DNA from: Tubiluchus corallicola
Lineage: Eukaryota > Animalia > Priapulida
Length of the DNA stretch: 52,338 nucleotides
Reading direction: 5' to 3'
NCBI GenBank assembly: GCA_030141605.1
Contig: JAQGDQ010002415.1
Span: 6,581 to 58,918, forward strand
The first letter of the stretch is position 1. The number at the start of each line of letters is the position of its first letter. This document shows positions 18,568 to 29,700 of the stretch, in pieces. Below the pieces are notes generated by a model, which saw only the letters and a list, made by a program, of their open reading frames with translations, did no database searches and was not told the DNA's origin. Both the position numbers and the translations under genes were made by a program.

Positions 18568-21500
18568 ATGAAAAAATCTATTCTAAGTATTGTTATAATA
18601 ATCTTCATATTTCAATTTTCTTATTCGAAAAGTAGCTACGAATATACCTTCGAAGCTATCAAGGACACTTATGTAAGGGGTGGAAGCAATAAAAGCAATA
18701 ACTATGGCAACGAGCAAACAATGATAAGTAAATATTCTACAGATGGTACTTTTATTAGAAGAGCCTATTTTGCTTTTGACCTCAATAGTTATCAATCTGT
18801 AGAATCAGACAGTATAGCAAACGTAATCTTAAACCTTTTTGTTGAAGGCGGAACCTCAGGCGAGGTGTTGTTGTTTGAAATGAAAGATGCTTGGGACGAA
18901 ACAGGTACAAATGGACTTAGTTTTGAAACACAACCCTCCTACTTGGCTACAAATACAGCTATTTATCAAGAAACCCCTATAACATCAACAACTGGTTTGA
19001 CCAGTGGAGCATACAACGAAATTGATATAACAAGCTTCATAAAAGAAAAGCTCAAAGGAGGAACTATAGGTGTTGTATCATTTTGCCTCTACAATGCTAC
19101 TGGTAATGGCAGTAGTGTAAGTATTGCAACAAAGGAAAGTAATAATACTCCTCAGCTTATTATAACCCAAATAGACAGCACAACAGAACAGGCACTTTTG
19201 TTTAATGATACACAAATAAAATATCAAGACACACTTAGCTTTGAAGGTATCGTGTATGAAGAAGAAACAAGGGATATTACTTTTATTGTAGAAAATAAAG
19301 GATATACTACCTTGCGTCTTTACGACATTCAATCAAGCTCCCCTGAAGTAGTAGGAATACAGTATGAAAAAACTGTATCAGCACAAGAATCTACAGAAAT
19401 TACAATTACAGCAAGGTATAACACAGCTGGCAATTATGTATTAGATATAGAAGCTGAAACAAACGACAATACACACACTAATTTTTCCTTTTCAATTGAT
19501 GTTACAGTAATTCCAAATATAGCAGGCAATAAATTAAAACCTACAGACGATACTTATGTGCAAGTAGGAGATGGAGCATCTACCATAAGAGGCAAAGAAG
19601 CTGTTGTAAGGGCAAAGAAATTGAACAACGAGTCTTCTACTGCCAACAGAGAAACATACCTTAAATACGACTTATCAGAAGAAGCCAGCTCTTTCAAATC
19701 GGCAAAAATACTACTATATGTGACAAAAACAGAAAACAATGCAGCAGAATTTATAACTATAGAGGGCGCTCCCACCAATTGGACAGAGAATGATTTAACC
19801 TACAATAACCGACCAACAACAGGATTTGAACACGTAGCACTTGGAGAGGTAATATTTAATGAATTTAGTTACTGTGAATTTGATGTTACTTCTTATGTAA
19901 ATGAGAAAGTGGAAGGGGGAAACACAGATATTGCATTTAGATTAACAGGACACGATAGCAAGTATGTAAACTTTGCTTCTAAAGAGCATCCTACAGGCAA
20001 TGCACCTTATTTAGTATTGGAAGAAGGAACGCACGAGGATCCTGTAACAGTTACAGGGTCTTTCTATATAGATGCTGCATCAGGCAATGACAACAACAAT
20101 GGGCTAAGTCCAGAAGCTGCCTGGAAAACCTTAGATAAAGTGAACTCACACATCTACGGAGCAGGCTCACAACTTTTGTTCAATAATGAAAGCGAATGGA
20201 ATGGACAGTTAGCCATAAAAGGCTCAGGAAGTGCAGGAAGCCCTATTGTTATTGATAGGTATGGGACAGGAGAAAAAAAGCCCGTTATCAATGGAGAAGG
20301 AGAAATTACAAATACCCTATATTTTTTCAACCAAGAACACATAGAGGTAAGAAACATCAAAGTTACCAACAATGCTGAAAAAACAAAGTTTAGAAGAGGT
20401 ATCTATATAGGAGCTCACGACATAGGAGCAGTAAATCATATACACTTAATCAATGTTGATGTTCACGATGTAGCAGGCTCTATGAATGGAGAACCATCTA
20501 AGGACAACGGAGGGATATTCATACAAGTTTTAGGAAAAAAAGTACCCACTTACTTTGACGACCTATTGATAGAAGGTTGCCACATCCACAATGTAACTAG
20601 AACTGGTATAGCCAACCAATCATCTTGGAGTACAAGAACTATAGACGTAAATACTAATTGGGTTCCTAGTACCAATGTAGTTATTAGAAACAACACAATA
20701 GAATACATAGGTGCTAATGGGCTTATTGTTAGAGTAGCAGAAGACCCCCTAATAGAAGGAAACTTATTTAACTTCTGCTCTACGAAAGGAAGTGGCAACG
20801 CCTCGTTTAGTTTCAATACAGATGGTGCTTTGTGGCAGTACAACGAAGCAAAAAACACCGTCTATATCGATGGCAGTGTAGATGCAGGAGGATTTGATAG
20901 CGATTATAGAGCGAAAAATACTATCTTTCAATACAACTATAGCCACGACAACGGATGGGCAGGCATTCTAATAACAGGTGGTACTGGTACAGGATTCAAT
21001 GACGGAACTATAGTAAGATACAACATATTTGAGAATAACAAAAATCATACTATAAGAACATCCGGCAATGCAACCAATACAAAGATACACAACAATATTA
21101 TCTACGCTGACACAACAGCAGGCGATGTTACTCACATATGGCACAAGGGATGGAGTGGAAAGTATTCAGACCATACAGAGTATATCAATAACATATTTTA
21201 TGCTATAGATGTTAACTCGAACTTTGATTTAGGTAATAGCAAGAACAATATATTCAACAATAACCTCTACTATCTTAAAGATACAACCAACATTCCTCCA
21301 GATTCTAATCCCATTATTGGAAACCCTCTTTTCGAGGATACAGGAACTGGAGACCAAAAATATAAAATAAAATCAGAGTCTCCGGCAATTAATGCAGGCA
21401 CAAAAATAGAAGGAAACACAGACAAAGACTATTATAACAATCTCATTCCTCAAAGTGCTACAATAGATATAGGAGTGCATCAATTAGGGATAACAGGGCC

Positions 21501-21798
21501 TGCAACTATGAGTGAACCTACAGTAATGAATAGTGAGCTAACAGTTTACCCCAACCCTGTTACAAGGGGAGATGATATATATATAAAATATCCCGAAGAA
21601 ATCACCGAAGACAATATAGTTGTAGAGATTATTAACGAATCAGATGCAACTATTACCCCTCTTAACGTAGTAGAGATTCAAAATAATAATACAACGATAG
21701 TAGTAAAAACACCTTTGCAAATAAGAAAAGGATTATACTATGTAAGAACTACGATAGGCAATAAAGCCCCCTTAGGAAAACATCTGATTATAAAATAA
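18568..21798 (+). CDS. T9SS-secreted modular enzyme: two DNRLRE (CBM96-like) domains, Ig-like domain, beta-helix, CTD
   Basis: KDTYVRGG..RRAYFAFDL..ATKES..PQL and DDTYVQ..RETYLKYDL..FASKE..APYL; beta-helix similar to 15332 gene; CTD VYPNP..KGLYYV..KHLIIK. Confidence 0.85.
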   Translation: MKKSILSIVIIIFIFQFSYSKSSYEYTFEAIKDTYVRGGSNKSNNYGNEQTMISKYSTDGTFIRRAYFAFDLNSYQSVESDSIANVILNLFVEGGTSGEVLLFEMKDAWDETGTNGLSFETQPSYLATNTAIYQETPITSTTGLTSGAYNEIDITSFIKEKLKGGTIGVVSFCLYNATGNGSSVSIATKESNNTPQLIITQIDSTTEQALLFNDTQIKYQDTLSFEGIVYEEETRDITFIVENKGYTTLRLYDIQSSSPEVVGIQYEKTVSAQESTEITITARYNTAGNYVLDIEAETNDNTHTNFSFSIDVTVIPNIAGNKLKPTDDTYVQVGDGASTIRGKEAVVRAKKLNNESSTANRETYLKYDLSEEASSFKSAKILLYVTKTENNAAEFITIEGAPTNWTENDLTYNNRPTTGFEHVALGEVIFNEFSYCEFDVTSYVNEKVEGGNTDIAFRLTGHDSKYVNFASKEHPTGNAPYLVLEEGTHEDPVTVTGSFYIDAASGNDNNNGLSPEAAWKTLDKVNSHIYGAGSQLLFNNESEWNGQLAIKGSGSAGSPIVIDRYGTGEKKPVINGEGEITNTLYFFNQEHIEVRNIKVTNNAEKTKFRRGIYIGAHDIGAVNHIHLINVDVHDVAGSMNGEPSKDNGGIFIQVLGKKVPTYFDDLLIEGCHIHNVTRTGIANQSSWSTRTIDVNTNWVPSTNVVIRNNTIEYIGANGLIVRVAEDPLIEGNLFNFCSTKGSGNASFSFNTDGALWQYNEAKNTVYIDGSVDAGGFDSDYRAKNTIFQYNYSHDNGWAGILITGGTGTGFNDGTIVRYNIFENNKNHTIRTSGNATNTKIHNNIIYADTTAGDVTHIWHKGWSGKYSDHTEYINNIFYAIDVNSNFDLGNSKNNIFNNNLYYLKDTTNIPPDSNPIIGNPLFEDTGTGDQKYKIKSESPAINAGTKIEGNTDKDYYNNLIPQSATIDIGVHQLGITGPATMSEPTVMNSELTVYPNPVTRGDDIYIKYPEEITEDNIVVEIINESDATITPLNVVEIQNNNTTIVVKTPLQIRKGLYYVRTTIGNKAPLGKHLIIK

Positions 21799-21864
21799 TA
21801 AAAATAACCATCCCTAATGTTGCATATTTTTTTTACATAACATTAAGTTGCATAATTCTACTCT

Positions 21865-23280
21865 ATGAGAAATACATTATTTTTTTCGATAATACTATTC
21901 ATATCCTGTATTTATAGCGAGGCGAAAATGCCAGTAGTAAGTGTAAAAAAAAAGGTATATCCTTCTAACAAAAAACAGCAACCATATTTTAAAGACTGGG
22001 AAAATATGGAAGCCACTACCATAAAGCAATTGAAAGGCTATAAAAAAAGTAAAATAGAAACAGGAAAATACGGAGATAGAACAGATATAAAAGAAGAAAC
22101 CAAAGGATTTTACTACACAAAAAAAATAAAAAACCGATGGTGGATTATATCCCCTGATGGGCATCCCGTAATAAACCTATCCGTAAACTCAATCAACAGA
22201 GGAAAATCAGATAGAACAAAGCAAACCTTTAAGGAAAAATTTGGCAACACAGAAAACTGGACAAACGAAACTATAAAAATGCTAAAAGAAAATGGTTTCA
22301 ACTCAGCAGGCTCTTGGTCAGAAGTAGAAAACATACAACAGCAAAACAAAGAAAACAATACCCATTTTGCTTATACTATCAACCTTGCATTGATGAGTAG
22401 TTTTGGAAAAAAATTGGGAAAAACTTATGCAGTACCGGGTCATACAGGCTATCCACACAATGCTATCTTTGTTTTCGAACCAGAGTTTGAAACATTCTGT
22501 AATGAAAAAGCCAAAGAATTAGTACAATTAAAAAATGATGCCAATTTATTTGGTTATTTCACCGACAATGAAATGCCTTTCAAAAGAAATATGCTCGAAG
22601 GATACTTGAAATTAAACAAAGACGATAATGGATACAAGGCTACCATACAATGGTTAAAAAATAAAGGTTTAAACAAAGATAGCCAGTTTACAAATGATAT
22701 AAAAGACGAATTTAGAGCATATATTGCCGATAAGTATCTATCTATTGTAACCAAAGCCATACGAAAACACGACCCTAATCACCTCATATTAGGACCTAGG
22801 TTATACACAGATGAAAAAAACAATGCTTTGTTTATGACTACCCTAGGGAAATATGTAGATATAGTAAGCTGCAACTATTACCACAGATGGACACCTCAAC
22901 AAGAAGAAATCAATGCTTGGACAGAATGGTCGGGCAAGCCATTTATGATAACCGAATGGTATGTAAAAGCAGAAGATTCTGGACTACCCAACCAATCAGG
23001 AGCAGGATGGATAGTAAAAACACAAAAAGACAGAGGAATATTTTACCAAAACTACACTTTAGGACTATTGCAATCTAAAAATTGTGTAGGATGGCACTGG
23101 TTCAAATATCAAGACAACGACCCTACACAGAAAAATGCTGAACTCTCTAATACAGACTCAAACAAAGGAATTGTTGATTACAAATACGATACTTACAACT
23201 CTTTATTAAAAATGATGAAAGAAGTTAATACACAAATATATAGTCTTATAAATTATTTTGATGATAACAATAAAAAATAA
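21865..23280 (+). CDS. Clan GH-A glycoside hydrolase (GH50/agarase-like fold, substrate unknown)
   Basis: GFYYTKKIKNRWWIISPDG, LFGYFTDNE (acid/base), DPNHLILG, KPFMITEW (nucleophile), VGWHWFKYQD. Confidence 0.75.
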   Translation: MRNTLFFSIILFISCIYSEAKMPVVSVKKKVYPSNKKQQPYFKDWENMEATTIKQLKGYKKSKIETGKYGDRTDIKEETKGFYYTKKIKNRWWIISPDGHPVINLSVNSINRGKSDRTKQTFKEKFGNTENWTNETIKMLKENGFNSAGSWSEVENIQQQNKENNTHFAYTINLALMSSFGKKLGKTYAVPGHTGYPHNAIFVFEPEFETFCNEKAKELVQLKNDANLFGYFTDNEMPFKRNMLEGYLKLNKDDNGYKATIQWLKNKGLNKDSQFTNDIKDEFRAYIADKYLSIVTKAIRKHDPNHLILGPRLYTDEKNNALFMTTLGKYVDIVSCNYYHRWTPQQEEINAWTEWSGKPFMITEWYVKAEDSGLPNQSGAGWIVKTQKDRGIFYQNYTLGLLQSKNCVGWHWFKYQDNDPTQKNAELSNTDSNKGIVDYKYDTYNSLLKMMKEVNTQIYSLINYFDDNNKK

Positions 23281-24043
23281 AATCCTTTATATTCTTCTGC
23301 TATTATTATTTGTATTATCCTCTTGTGATAAAAATAAGTCATGTGATAAAAATAAGTCAAACTTAGACATCTACTTACTTATCGGACAGTCTAATATGGC
23401 AGGAAGGGGAGAAATGCAACCTAAAGACACTCTACTACTTTTAGAAAAGGTATACCTATTCAACGACAAAGGAAAATGGGAAAAAGCAAAACATCCTCTA
23501 AACAAATATTCTACCGTAAGGAAAAAACTATCAATGCAAGAAATAAGTTTAGGATATAGGTTTGGCGAAAAACTATCAAAAGAAACTAATAAAAAAATTG
23601 GCTTAATAGTCAATGCACGAGGAGGCACAAGTATAAAAAAGTGGCAAAAAGATTCACTACTATATAACGAAGCCATAAAACGCACACAAGAAGCCTTAGC
23701 CAAAGGAGGCACACTAAAAGCCATATTGTGGCATCAAGGGAGCAGCGATAAAAATAATGCTGACACCTATATGGAATACCTAAAGAAAATGGTAACAGAT
23801 TTACGTCAAGACCTAAATAGTCCAAACTTACCATTCGTAGCAGGAGAATTGGGCAAATGGCGTAACTCTGTCAATGATTTTAATACAATGCTAAACACCA
23901 TAACAGAAAACATAAACCACACTGCCTTGGTAAAATCAGACAACCTTACACCTAAAAACGACAGCATACACTTCGATACCAAAAGCCTACACATACTTGG
24001 CGAAAGATATGCAAATGCAATACTAAAAATAAAATCAGATTAA
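23261..24043 (+). CDS. SGNH acetylesterase (SASA/CE6-like) lipoprotein
   Basis: IGQSNMAGRG, ARGGTSI, ILWHQG, DSIHF catalytic motifs; lipobox LSSC. Confidence 0.88.
   Translation: MITIKNKILYILLLLLFVLSSCDKNKSCDKNKSNLDIYLLIGQSNMAGRGEMQPKDTLLLLEKVYLFNDKGKWEKAKHPLNKYSTVRKKLSMQEISLGYRFGEKLSKETNKKIGLIVNARGGTSIKKWQKDSLLYNEAIKRTQEALAKGGTLKAILWHQGSSDKNNADTYMEYLKKMVTDLRQDLNSPNLPFVAGELGKWRNSVNDFNTMLNTITENINHTALVKSDNLTPKNDSIHFDTKSLHILGERYANAILKIKSD
23324..23359 (+). repeat. 18-bp tandem duplication (CDKNKS x2)
   Basis: tgtgataaaaataagtca occurs exactly twice in tandem. Confidence 0.9.
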
Positions 24044-24083
24044 CAATAAAAATTTTAAAAACATAATTTAAAGACTCATTATT

Positions 24084-25313
24084 ATGATGACAAAACAATA
24101 CACAATCGCATTATTTTTTATTACTCTTTTAACAACATCGTGCAACAACCAAAATGCAGATAAACTTGTGGAAGAAAACTTTCTCTTTGCAGAAGAGCAG
24201 TTAAGTATCTTAATTAAAAATACCGAGCAAATAATGGGTTCAGAACAGCAGAAAAGCCCTCAAAAGAAATTAGTAGCACCTAGAAATTTAGAAAACGACG
24301 GAAGTTTGCACTTAGTTGCCTCAAGAGATTGGACAAGTGGTTTCTTCGCAGGAACATTATGGTATATGTACGAATACACCAATAACAATAAATGGAAAAA
24401 AGAAGCCGAAAAATATACCAAACTATTAGAACAAGAAAAATACAACGCAAAAACACACGATATGGGCTTTAAAATGTTTTGCAGTTACGGTAATGCCTAC
24501 AGGCTAACAGGAAATAAAGAATACAAAGACATTTTAATACAGTCGGCAAAAACTCTTACAACACGTTTTAATCCCAACACAGCTTGTATAAGGTCCTGGG
24601 ATCATAATAAAGATAAGTGGGACTACCCTGTAATCATTGACAATATGATGAACTTAGAGTTACTCTTATGGGTTGCAAAAGAAACAAACAATGACACATT
24701 AAAAAATATTGCTATTTCACATACCGAAGCAACATTAAAAAACCATTTTAGAAAAGATTACAGCTCCTATCACGTATTAGACTATGATACATTAACGGGC
24801 AAAGTTGTTCAACGCCATACTCATCAAGGCTATGCCCACGAATCTGCTTGGGCAAGAGGACAGAGTTGGGGACTTTACGGTTTTACAATGATGTATAGAG
24901 AAACAGGAGAAGAAGCATACTTAAATCAAGCAGAAAAAATAGCTTCTTTTATTATTTCTCATAAAAACTTGCCTGATGATATAATTCCTTACTGGGACTT
25001 TAATGACCCTCAAATTCCCAACGTGCCAAGAGACGTATCTGCTGCTACAGTAATGGCTTCGGCACTATTGGAGCTATCGCAGTACTCAAATAATAGAAAA
25101 AACAATTACAAAAACACTGCTATAAAAATACTAAGAAACTTATCGTCCTCTAACTATCGCTCAAAACCTAACGAAAATAAAGGGTTCATACTTTTACATA
25201 GCACAGGGAATAAACCTAAAAATTCAGAAGTAGATGTTCCTATAATTTATGCGGAATACTACTTTTTAGAGGCATTGATAAAGTTGAAAAACATAAATGA
25301 TGAACATAAATAA
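24084..25313 (+). CDS. GH88 unsaturated glucuronyl hydrolase
   Basis: DWTSGFF, THDMGF, IRSWD, VIIDNMMNLE, THQGY..WARGQSW, YWDF, RDVSA. Confidence 0.93.
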   Translation: MMTKQYTIALFFITLLTTSCNNQNADKLVEENFLFAEEQLSILIKNTEQIMGSEQQKSPQKKLVAPRNLENDGSLHLVASRDWTSGFFAGTLWYMYEYTNNNKWKKEAEKYTKLLEQEKYNAKTHDMGFKMFCSYGNAYRLTGNKEYKDILIQSAKTLTTRFNPNTACIRSWDHNKDKWDYPVIIDNMMNLELLLWVAKETNNDTLKNIAISHTEATLKNHFRKDYSSYHVLDYDTLTGKVVQRHTHQGYAHESAWARGQSWGLYGFTMMYRETGEEAYLNQAEKIASFIISHKNLPDDIIPYWDFNDPQIPNVPRDVSAATVMASALLELSQYSNNRKNNYKNTAIKILRNLSSSNYRSKPNENKGFILLHSTGNKPKNSEVDVPIIYAEYYFLEALIKLKNINDEHK

Positions 25314-25348
25314 TCTACATACTACCAGTACTCAAAGAAAATTATACT

Positions 25349-26533
25349 ATGAAAGCTAACATTAACATATTGTCATTATTGCTTCTTCTAATTATATTTC
25401 AATTCTGTAAAACAGAAAAAAAACAGACCGAAATATTTTATAAAGCACAAGAAGTATTGAAGCCATCTATATTAGCAAATAGCAAATGGGCATTACAACA
25501 AGAGCCAATAACCATTACTGCCGAATACTGTGAAAGAAGTGCTGGGGGGAAACACGATTTCTATTCCGAAGGCGATTATTGGTGGCCTGACCCCAAAAAT
25601 CCGAATGCCCCTTACATCCAAAGAGATGGACAAACAAATCCTAACAACTTCGTCGCCCATAGATTAGCGATGATAAGATTAAGCCGTATTGTTGGCACTT
25701 TAACTTCTGCCTATATTATTAATAAGGATAAAACATACATAGAGCATATTGTAAAGCACTTGGATGCGTGGTTTGTAAACCCCAACACAAGAATGAACCC
25801 CCATCTACTTTATGCACAAGCAATTACAGGACGTGTAACAGGAAGGGGCATTGGTATCATAGATACTATACACTTAATGGAAGTAGCTCAGAGTATCCTA
25901 ATTCTCAAAAAATTAAACCTACTTGATGAAAACTTTTCTAACAATGTTCAAAAGTGGTTTAAACAGTATTTAAACTGGATAACTACCCACGAATACGGTA
26001 TAGCAGAACGCGAAAAAGAAAACAACCACGGAACTTGTTGGGCAATGCAAGTAGCATCTTTTGCTAAATTAACAGACGACAAAGAAACCCTCCTACTCTG
26101 TAAAGAACGATATAAAAACATCCTTCTACCTGACCAAATGGCAGAAAATGGCAGTTTCCCAGAAGAATTAGAAAGAACCAAACCCTATGGATATTCCTTA
26201 TTTAACTTGGATGCAATGGCAACCGTTTGCCAAATACTATCGACAGAAGATGATAACCTATGGCAATACACACTATCTGATGGAAGAAACATTAAAAAAG
26301 GAGTAGAGTTTTTAACCCCATTTGTAGAAGACAAAAGTAAATGGAAATTAAAACCCGATGTGATGTATTGGGAAAACTGGCCTGTGGCACAGCCTTATCT
26401 TATTTTTGCGGCAAACGCCTTTAACAATGAAAAACACTATGAGATATGGAAAGCCTTAGAACACAACCCCCAAGTGCAAGAGGTCATAAGAAATTTGCCT
26501 ATAAGAAACCCTTTAATATGGCTATATAAATAA
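25349..26533 (+). CDS. Alginate_lyase-domain polysaccharide lyase (PL38-like), copy 1
   Basis: HDFYSEGDYWWP, RDGQTNP, TRMNPHLLYAQ, GRGIGIIDT, NNHGT, ELERTKPYGYSLFNL. Confidence 0.87.
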   Translation: MKANINILSLLLLLIIFQFCKTEKKQTEIFYKAQEVLKPSILANSKWALQQEPITITAEYCERSAGGKHDFYSEGDYWWPDPKNPNAPYIQRDGQTNPNNFVAHRLAMIRLSRIVGTLTSAYIINKDKTYIEHIVKHLDAWFVNPNTRMNPHLLYAQAITGRVTGRGIGIIDTIHLMEVAQSILILKKLNLLDENFSNNVQKWFKQYLNWITTHEYGIAEREKENNHGTCWAMQVASFAKLTDDKETLLLCKERYKNILLPDQMAENGSFPEELERTKPYGYSLFNLDAMATVCQILSTEDDNLWQYTLSDGRNIKKGVEFLTPFVEDKSKWKLKPDVMYWENWPVAQPYLIFAANAFNNEKHYEIWKALEHNPQVQEVIRNLPIRNPLIWLYK

Positions 26534-26605
26534 CCAATACAATTTTTATAAAAAAACGAAACATATAATAAGCATTAAACTTTGTAATATAAAAGTACTT
26601 TTTTT

Positions 26606-26660
26606 TTTGGAGAAAGCATTTGTGTATATTATATTTGCAAATTACAATGTGAACGCTCAC
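26606..26660 (+). promoter_or_regulatory. susC2 promoter (-33 TTTG, -7 TATATTTG 26630-26637) and LacI operator GTGAACGCTCAC
   Basis: Same promoter-operator layout as upstream of susC1; operator at 26649-26660. Confidence 0.75.
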
Positions 26661-26704
26661 GCATTTTGTATACATAAATAAAAAGTCAGTAAAAAACGAA
26701 CATT

Positions 26705-29700
26705 ATGAAAAAACTATTCTTTTACTTGATAATAACTTTATTATTCACTAACTATTTAAAGGCACAAAGCATAGAAATAACAGGACAAGTTGTTGATTCA
26801 GACGGACAAGACTTACCCGGAGTAACTATCTTAGTTAAAGGAACTACAACAGGAACTATAAGCAACCCTAACGGAGAATATACCATAACTGTTCCCAACA
26901 GTGAAGGGACACTTATATTTTCTTTTGTAGGTATGAAAAGTCAAGAAATTCCTATACAAAAACAGACAAAAATAAATGTTGTAATGGAATCTGGTGCAAT
27001 AGGATTAGACGAAGTGGTAGCCATTGGATACGGAATACAAAAAAAGAGTGATTTAACTGGCTCACTATCATCTGTGTCGTCCGAAGATATTAACGCCTAC
27101 CCAGCATCAGGAATAACACAAGCATTGCAAGGTAGAGCATCAGGAGTAATGGTAACTAGTGCAAACAGCGGAGAGCCAGGAGGCGATATGAAAATAAGAA
27201 TACGTGGTGCTACTTCAATCAATGCAAGTAGCGACCCCCTATACGTAGTAGATGGGTTTGCAGGAGGTAGCCTACCACCTCCAGAAGACATTCAATCAAT
27301 AGAAATACTAAAAGATGCCTCTTCAACTGCCATATACGGTTCAAGAGGTGCCAACGGAGTTGTACTCGTTACAACAAAATCAGGAAAAATAGGAAAATCA
27401 CAAATAAGTTTCAATGTCTCTACATCTATCCAAGAAATAACTAAAACAATAGACCTCCTAAACACAGAACAATTCATAGAATATATGAACGACTGGTCCG
27501 ACAACATAGAAGAACCACCTAGATATACCCTACCTGCTTCAGAATATGAAGATACCGACTGGCAAGATGAAATATTTAGACAAGGTTCCATTCAAAACTA
27601 TCAATTATCCTTTTCGGGAGGAAGCGATAAGGTAACCTATTACTTGTCAACAACTTATTTTGGGAACAAAGGAATAGTTATCAATTCAGATTTTAACAGA
27701 ATTTCATTAGTAAACAATCTTAATTTTCAAGCCAGCGACAAATTAAAAATAGGAAGCAATATACAAATTAGACGTACTAATACAAATGGAGTGAGAACTC
27801 AAGAAAGTTCAGGAGGACCTACTACAGGAGTAATCTCTTCGGCTCTTAAATTTGTACCCACATTAGGAATTTATGATGCCAACGGCAACTTTACTCGTAA
27901 TGAAATCAGCGACCCAATAGACAACCCTTATGCTATTGCAACGGAAAGAATAAACGAAAAAATTATAGACAGAACACAAATAAATCTTTTTGGAGAATAT
28001 GATATTTCAGACGAATTAAGACTAAGAGTAAGCTTAGGAACTAATATTTATAACAGAAGAATAGGAGAATTTATACCTCGAACATTATTAGATGCAGAAA
28101 ATGTAAATGGGAAAGCCTCTATAGAAGGTAGAAAAAATACTAATTTGCTCAATGAGAACTACCTCAACTATACAAAAAAAATAAACGAACAACATACCTT
28201 ATCTGCACTACTTGGATACTCTTACCAACAATCAATAGTAGAAACATGGGAAGCAGAAAACTGGAGTTTTATAACAGACAATTACAGTTTTTGGAACTTA
28301 GGAGGAGGTGCTAATTACCAACAACCCTCCTCTGAACTTACCGAATGGGAATTAGCCTCTTGGTATGGAAGACTAAATTACAACTTTGACAGCAAATATC
28401 TTTTGACCGTTACAGGGAGGTATGATGGATCTTCACGATTTGGACAAAACAACAAATGGGCATTCTTTCCATCAGCAGCACTGGCTTGGAATATAAAAGA
28501 AGAAGAATTCTTGAAGAACTTTAACACAATTAGCTCCTTAAAATTTAGATTAAGTTATGGCATTACAGGAAATACTGACATAGGGAGCTACCAATCTCTT
28601 GCAAAGTTTAGCGATGTATTAACGGTTATAGACGGAACGACTGTTGTTGCCATCAGCCCCACAGCACTAGCTAATAGTGATTTAACTTGGGAACAAACAC
28701 AACAATACAACATAGGAATAGATATAGGTCTCCTTCAAAATAGAATAAACATAACAACAGATTACTACTTAATGAACACCAAAGACTTGCTCTATGAATT
28801 GCCACTCCCTCGATATACTGGATATAATACAATGCTTACCAATATTGGAGCAGTTCAAAATAAAGGTTTAGAACTGGCCATAACCACAAGAAACTTTATT
28901 AACAAATTTCAGTGGACTACAGATTTTAACATATCATTCAATAGAAATAAAATAACAGAATTAGCTGGAGGAGATATATTTTATGGAGATATCCCAGGTC
29001 ATTTGTTTCCGGGAGACTCACGAATCTCACAAATATTAAGAGAAGGAGAAGTTGTAGGTGCATTTTGGGGATATGCATGGGATGGGATTTACCAAGAAGG
29101 AGATGACTTCTCGTTAGAACCGGACAAACAACCCGGAGATATTAAATACAAAGATATTAATGGTGATGGTAAAATAGATGAAGGAGATAGGACAATCATA
29201 GGTAACCCCCACCCCGACTATATTTGGGGACTAAACAATACCCTTTCCTACAAAAATTTTGACTTAAACATATTTTTCCAAGCCGTAATAGGTAATGATG
29301 TATTAAATGTCACACGACTTGAATTAGAGCAAATATCAGGCCGAGCCAACCAAACAACTGCTGCTTTAGATAGATGGACTCCTAGCAATCCCAGTAACGA
29401 AGTGCCACGAGCAGCCAACCATAGCCCAACAATATCTTCAAGGTGGGTTGAAGATGGCTCATATATTAGACTGAAAAATTTAGCATTAGGCTACAACCTT
29501 CCAGAAAAGATACTAAAAAGGCTTAAAGCATTTAGCCAAGTAAGATTTTATGCAAGCGCTCAAAATTTACTAACATTTACAAAATACAAAGGATATGACC
29601 CTGAAATAAGCTACCGTTCTAATGACAATGCAAGGTCAAATAAAAATATAGGAATGGATTATGGAAGCTATCCTGCTATTAGAACATACACTTTTGGTAT

